Program-made: the position numbers and the translations under genes
The notes under the pieces: model-generated
What the model was told of the DNA's origin: nothing
Databases searched by the model: none
The model's input: the letters and a program-made list of their open reading frames with translations, nothing else
Shown: one piece after another, positions 59,450 to 64,000 of the stretch
Layout: the number at the start of each line of letters is the position of its first letter
How positions within the stretch are numbered: position 1 is the stretch's first letter
NCBI GenBank assembly: GCA_000965745.1
Contig: CP009479.1
Span: 1,856,001-1,920,000 of the forward strand
Direction of reading: 5' to 3'
Length of the DNA: 64,000 nt
DNA from: an uncultured archaeon
Lineage (GTDB): Archaea > Thermoplasmatota > Thermoplasmata > Thermoplasmatales > Thermoplasmataceae

Positions 59450-59506
59450 GCTTACAATCATATAATGCGATAAAAGAGGATGGGAAAAAAATAGTTTTGT
59501 GATCTT

Positions 59507-61522
59507 TCAGAAGTCTTCGGCAATATCTTCCGGCCTTACCGGAGTGTCCCTGATCCTCTTCCCGGTCACTTTCTCGATGGACCTTACAAGCGCGCTTGGT
59601 ACACCTATTGTCGGGGCTTCCCCCAGTCCCTTGACGCCGTGTGGCAGGTCTGAACGATTTTCTGCTACCTTGACCACGAAATTTGGGACCTGATCGGCCG
59701 AAAGGACACCGGAATCAGCTATGCTGCCTGTCAGCAGTTCACCTTCATCGGAGTAGGCGATCTCTTCTGAAACAACCTGGCCGATTCCCTGGACAATTCC
59801 CCCCATAATCTGGCCCCATACGCTCTCCTTGCTCAGAACTCTTCCGACATCATAGTAGGACCAGCAGTCCTTGACCCTGATAGCCCCAAGAGGAGAAACA
59901 TCAGCAACTGCGATGTTTGCCCCGAATGAGTTAAGAGTTCCCTTCATTTCCTCGAAGTGGTCTATGTCGTAGCTGCCCGAAAGAGCGTTTTCTGGCGAGT
60001 AGTCGCCAAAGTCCTTAATCACCATGTCCTTTATTTTCCCGGATGCTGCAATTACGGCAGCACCGGCAGTGATCGCAGACCTGCTCCCCCAAGCCCCAAC
60101 GCCCCTCTTTACGGCGTCTGTGTCACCAAGTTGCAACTCAACAAGATCACTTGCTATTCCAAGCTCCTCCCTTATAAGGGTCCTTACGAATTCCTGATGG
60201 CCCTGGCCCGCGGTGTCACCACCAAGCCACACCTTCACTCTGCCTTTTTCAATCTTTATTCTTGCGCCTTCTCCTGGCCCTATTCCCGGTACGAGAACAA
60301 AGAAACCCAGGCCTGCCGTGTCGGAAGTAAATCTCTTTCCGTATTCGAATTCCTTGAGCGCATCCTGGAAGAATGGTTTAGCAGCCCCTATTTCAAGGCC
60401 TAGTGGAGATTTGAAGGGTTCTGATGACATGTTCGCGATTCTTACGTCTGCAGGGTCCATCTTGAGTTCATCTGCAAGAAGATCAACCATCCTTTCAATG
60501 AAGTAGGATGCCTCAGGCCTCCCGGCTCCCCTGTAAGGCCCCTGAGGCACCTTGTTTGTGAGCGTGGCAATAGCGCGGACATAGCCGTTTGGTATTGCAT
60601 ACGGGCCCGTAAGCTGATATGCTATGAATCGTGGAGCGAACTCACCGAATCCTCCATAGGCGCCTGCATCTACGTACACTTCGCCTGTAACGCCGTTTAT
60701 TATTCCGTTCTTGCCGGCAAATATCTTGATGTCTGCCCTGGCACCTCTGCCCGGATTGCTTGAGCTGAGGTGCTCGCTCCTGGTTTCTATCCACTTCACC
60801 GGCCTCTTGTACTTCATTGCTGCATGAGCGGCAATAACGTACTCTGGATGAAGTCCACCCTTAAGGCCGAATCCGCCTCCTGTATCAGCCTGGATTACCC
60901 TGACCGAATCAGGGCTCAGATTCATGGCCTCAACCAACCCCTCCTTTATGCTCTGTGAGGACTGGGAGGATGCCCACATGGTAAGCCTGTTCCCGTCATA
61001 GGTAGCCACCACTCCCCTGGGTTCCATTGGGTTTGTAGCGACCCTTCTGTTGTAGAACGAGTCTTCCAGAACTATGGGGGATGATGTGTCCTTGAATTCC
61101 TTTCCAACCCACTTGTCGATAAGAATGTTGTTTTTTGTTCCCGGATGTATCGGATCTGCCTTCAGGGCAGCATCAATCTCCATCACAGGCTTCAGCGGCT
61201 CATATTCCACATCAACGGAGTTAAGCAGGTCTTCCGCCTTGTATCTGTCTTCACCGAAAACTGCAGCTACGGGCTGCCCCAGATAGCTGGTATAGCCCTG
61301 GGCAAATACCGGTTCACTGTATATGTTGATTTCACCGGACCCGCCTTCCCCGACGGATGCCATTCTTCCTTCATAGTCGCTGCTGTTGAGCCCTCCCTTG
61401 AGTGAAGCAATCTTTGCACGTGAGTATGGGCTTCGGACTATGGCCATATAAAGCATTCCCGGGAGATTTATGTCGTCAACGTATGTTCCTTTTCCTTCCA
61501 CAAACTTCTGTCCTGTTATCAT
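59507..61522 (-). CDS. molybdenum hydroxylase large subunit, copy 2 (compact, 671 aa)
   Basis: G.GTYVDD, MEPRG, TGGGFGLK, PYRGAGRPE, GQG, GQIMGG..QG, KGLGEA. Confidence 0.9.
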   Translation of the reverse strand: MITGQKFVEGKGTYVDDINLPGMLYMAIVRSPYSRAKIASLKGGLNSSDYEGRMASVGEGGSGEINIYSEPVFAQGYTSYLGQPVAAVFGEDRYKAEDLLNSVDVEYEPLKPVMEIDAALKADPIHPGTKNNILIDKWVGKEFKDTSSPIVLEDSFYNRRVATNPMEPRGVVATYDGNRLTMWASSQSSQSIKEGLVEAMNLSPDSVRVIQADTGGGFGLKGGLHPEYVIAAHAAMKYKRPVKWIETRSEHLSSSNPGRGARADIKIFAGKNGIINGVTGEVYVDAGAYGGFGEFAPRFIAYQLTGPYAIPNGYVRAIATLTNKVPQGPYRGAGRPEASYFIERMVDLLADELKMDPADVRIANMSSEPFKSPLGLEIGAAKPFFQDALKEFEYGKRFTSDTAGLGFFVLVPGIGPGEGARIKIEKGRVKVWLGGDTAGQGHQEFVRTLIREELGIASDLVELQLGDTDAVKRGVGAWGSRSAITAGAAVIAASGKIKDMVIKDFGDYSPENALSGSYDIDHFEEMKGTLNSFGANIAVADVSPLGAIRVKDCWSYYDVGRVLSKESVWGQIMGGIVQGIGQVVSEEIAYSDEGELLTGSIADSGVLSADQVPNFVVKVAENRSDLPHGVKGLGEAPTIGVPSALVRSIEKVTGKRIRDTPVRPEDIAEDF

Positions 61523-61547
61523 TTCATCACCATTCCAGGGAATCCTC

Positions 61548-62057
61548 TTACTGGGACTCCACCACGACTTCTTCCTCTTCTCCTTCTTTCTCGATGAGTT
61601 CGGATGCGTATTTTACTGCTTCAACAATATTCTGGTATCCTGTGCACCTGCAGAGGTTTCCGGAAAGGTTCCTCCTTATTTCCTCCTCAGTGGGTTTCTT
61701 GTTTTTCTTCAGAAGCCAGTATGAAGCCATGAGCATTCCGGATGTGCAGTACCCGCATTGAAGTCCATGCTTGTCTAGAAACGCCTTCTGAATTTTGCTG
61801 AGTTTTCCATTCTGCGAAAGCCCTTCTACTGTTTTTATTTCCCTTCCGTTAGCCTGTCCCACCAGAACGGTGCATGATTTTACAGCTTTTCCGTCCATGA
61901 CCACAGTGCATGCCCCACAGTTGGAGGTGTCACATCCAATATGAGTTCCAGTTGCCCCTACTACATCCCTTAGATAATGAGCAAGAAGCATCCTGGGTTC
62001 CACTTCGTCACTTCTCTCTTTGCCGTTTATTTTCACTCTAACCTTTATTTTGCCCAT
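61548..62057 (-). CDS. molybdenum hydroxylase 2Fe-2S subunit, copy 2
   Basis: GCDTSNCGACTV, QCGYCT, GNLCRCTGY. Confidence 0.93.
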   Translation of the reverse strand: MGKIKVRVKINGKERSDEVEPRMLLAHYLRDVVGATGTHIGCDTSNCGACTVVMDGKAVKSCTVLVGQANGREIKTVEGLSQNGKLSKIQKAFLDKHGLQCGYCTSGMLMASYWLLKKNKKPTEEEIRRNLSGNLCRCTGYQNIVEAVKYASELIEKEGEEEEVVVESQ

Positions 62058-62059
62058 TT

Positions 62060-62941
62060 TTATTGCGCCTCCTTTGCTCTTTTGTAAGCTGCCACAAGAG
62101 ATTCTTTGATGATGAACCTCAATACCTTCTTCTTGTAATCAATTGAACCGTAGAAGTCCGAAACAGGGTCAGATTCCTCGGTTATTGATCTGGCAGCTTC
62201 GGCAGCGAGTTCCTCTGTCAGTTTCTTTCCGGCAAGAATTCCCTCTGCCCTGGTGGATTTGATTGGGGTTGGGCCAACCGATGTCAGCGCAACGCCAACC
62301 TTAATGATCTTCCCATCCCCATCAACAATGATATTGCTCGCAACTGCAGCCACTGAAAAATCGCCGGCGCTCTTCTTGTGCTTTATGTAGGCTCCACCTT
62401 GCCTCTTCACCATTTTTGGCACCCTTATCTCGTAAAGTATTTCGTTTGGCTCAAGTGCTGTGATGAGGGAGTCGACAAAGAAGTCTTCTGCCTTGATCTC
62501 TTTGCCGCCATTCTTTCCCTGTACCATGAAGGTCGCATCCAGGGAAAGCATAACTGCTGGAAGGTCGTTTGCAGGATCGCCGTGTGATATGTTTCCGCCA
62601 ACCGTTCCCATGTTCCGGACAAGGGGGTCAGCTATCTGGTCAGCTGCCTCTTTTATTATCATGTATCTGTTTTTAATTGTAACGCTGGAGCCAAGTTCAT
62701 CAACTGTCGTCAAAGCGCCTATGCTTAGCCTGTTGGAATCTTCCTTTATGTAGTCCATCTCCTCAATCCTGGATATATCTATCACGTGAGATATTGAGGC
62801 AAATCTCATTTTCATCAGCGGGATAAGGCTTTGGCCGCCAGCCAGCAACTTTGCCTCATCACCATATTTTTCTAGAAGGTTCACAGCTTCGACCATGGTC
62901 GAAGGTGTATAATATTCAAAAACACTAGGTGTAATGGTCAT
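62060..62941 (-). CDS. molybdenum hydroxylase FAD subunit, copy 2
   Basis: LAGGQSLIP.MK.R, VRNMGTVGG, HGDP.ND, GDF. Confidence 0.92.
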   Translation of the reverse strand: MTITPSVFEYYTPSTMVEAVNLLEKYGDEAKLLAGGQSLIPLMKMRFASISHVIDISRIEEMDYIKEDSNRLSIGALTTVDELGSSVTIKNRYMIIKEAADQIADPLVRNMGTVGGNISHGDPANDLPAVMLSLDATFMVQGKNGGKEIKAEDFFVDSLITALEPNEILYEIRVPKMVKRQGGAYIKHKKSAGDFSVAAVASNIIVDGDGKIIKVGVALTSVGPTPIKSTRAEGILAGKKLTEELAAEAARSITEESDPVSDFYGSIDYKKKVLRFIIKESLVAAYKRAKEAQ

Positions 62942-63081
62942 GGCGCTAACTATGAATATTACATATATAATCCCATTCATCAATTACCCGTGTTAATTAA
63001 TTTATTATCCATCTATAAAAACCATAACAGGGAAAGTTGAGGGGCATGTATTGTGCACCTTTGCCTGAGCCATATGGGAGG

Positions 63082-64000
63082 TGATCTGCCCCACCGGAAT
63101 TTGGAACACTTTTTCTCATTTTTCATCTAGTGCTACCTCCATTTCTTTCGATTCAAATCTTTCCCTGAATGCCTGATCATCCCGGAACTTCCTCCTGAAC
63201 TCCCTTGGAGGAAGATAATCAATGGATGAATGCGGCCTGCATTCATTGTAGTCGGTGAACGCCTTTTCTATTGTCCTGGATACTTCACTGAAATCCCTGA
63301 ACTCGTTTGGCCAGATGTAATCTGTCTTTATGCTGTTGTGGAAGGACTCAATGTTTCCGTTGTCCTCTGGAGTGTGTTTCTGGATATACTCCAGCCTTAT
63401 CCCAAGGAGTTTCATGGCGTTCCTGAACTCATGGGATTGATACTGGGGGCCATTGTCAGTTCTCAGTACCAAGTTCTTTGGTACTGTACCATTGAAAGCA
63501 AGAAGAACAGCGTTTTCCACCGATCTTACGGCATCTTTTGCCATGCATGACCTGGAATAATGAAAACCCTGCCATTCCTTCGTGAAACAGTCCTTTATAC
63601 ACATCAGATAGGTCATTCCAGAATCAGTGGGAATATACGTGATATCAGTTTCCCAGAGTTGATCAGGACCATTTGGACGGAAGAGATTCCTGGACTTTGT
63701 TCTCCCTCTGTGTTTTGATGCAGGAAGGGAGAGATTGTTATCCTTCAGCACCTTCCTGACAGTTTTCTGGTTCACCTTCGTACCTTGGTTCCTCAGTATT
63801 GCCCATACTCTCCTGTATCCGTATGTTGGCCTTTCGGAAGCGATATCCCTGATCTTGCTCTGCACAGATAGATCAAGCCTCTGAATATGTCTCTTCCTGG
63901 GTGCGTAATAATATCCGGACAGTGAGATTCCGGATATTCTTGATGCGTTTCTCAGAGACATCATAGGTTTCAGATCTTCAAGAACCATCATCTTGACCTC
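63082..64000 (-). mobile_element. IS3-family insertion sequence (right end in window, rest beyond 64000)
   Basis: IS3-type terminal IR starting TGATCTGCCCC at 63082, 34 nt past the stop of an rve transposase. Confidence 0.85.
63116..64000 (-). CDS. IS3-family transposase OrfB (5' partial)
   Basis: YGYRR, WETDITY, TDNGPQY, NG.IESF, YN..RPHSS..Y..P; frame open to the window end. Confidence 0.92.
   Translation of the reverse strand, partial: EVKMMVLEDLKPMMSLRNASRISGISLSGYYYAPRKRHIQRLDLSVQSKIRDIASERPTYGYRRVWAILRNQGTKVNQKTVRKVLKDNNLSLPASKHRGRTKSRNLFRPNGPDQLWETDITYIPTDSGMTYLMCIKDCFTKEWQGFHYSRSCMAKDAVRSVENAVLLAFNGTVPKNLVLRTDNGPQYQSHEFRNAMKLLGIRLEYIQKHTPEDNGNIESFHNSIKTDYIWPNEFRDFSEVSRTIEKAFTDYNECRPHSSIDYLPPREFRRKFRDDQAFRERFESKEMEVALDEK

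Noticed and set aside
53886-61522. Aerobic form I CO dehydrogenase
   Set aside because: Active-site loops are AYRGAGR/PYRGAGR, not AYxCSFR, and there are no coxDEG genes.
1-64000. CRISPR arrays, rRNA genes, defence islands
   Set aside because: No regularly spaced direct repeats, rRNA-like tracts or cas/RM/TA genes seen; nearly all sequence is accounted for by CDS.

Overview
Gene-dense archaeal chromosomal segment, most likely from a Thermoplasmatales acidophile (tricorn protease, archaeal r-proteins S24e/S27ae/S3ae, Rpo7/Spt4, NMD3, intron-containing tRNAs, Thermoplasma-like Cld/HemQ-family protein). It contains: a homogentisate (Tyr/Phe catabolism) operon hppD-FAH-hmgA followed by a degenerate Fe-ADH/maleylacetate-reductase-fold gene; tricorn; ThiI, TrmI and TrmO tRNA modifiers; tRNA-Tyr(GTA) and tRNA-Met(CAT), each with a 37/38 intron; a GS-like gamma-glutamyl ligase paired with an uncharacterised papain/C39-like Cys-His-Asp protein; the AmmeMemoRadiSam trio; a YHS chaperone plus Cu-ATPase (the chaperone is missing from the ORF track); a 1715-aa Lhr helicase next to DUF763; bacterial-type ergothioneine genes egtB-egtD; an rpoE'-spt4-dpck-S24e-S27ae operon with a structured leader; GNAT genes (one apparently starting at CTG); a frameshifted gene; two paralogous molybdenum-hydroxylase (M-S-L) operons flanking xdhC/mocA; and an IS3-family element running off the right edge. 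The best candidates for undescribed biology are the GS-like/papain-like pair and the ligand-less Fe-ADH-fold protein in an operon that lacks maleylacetoacetate isomerase. All calls come from reading motifs by eye; no database searches were run.
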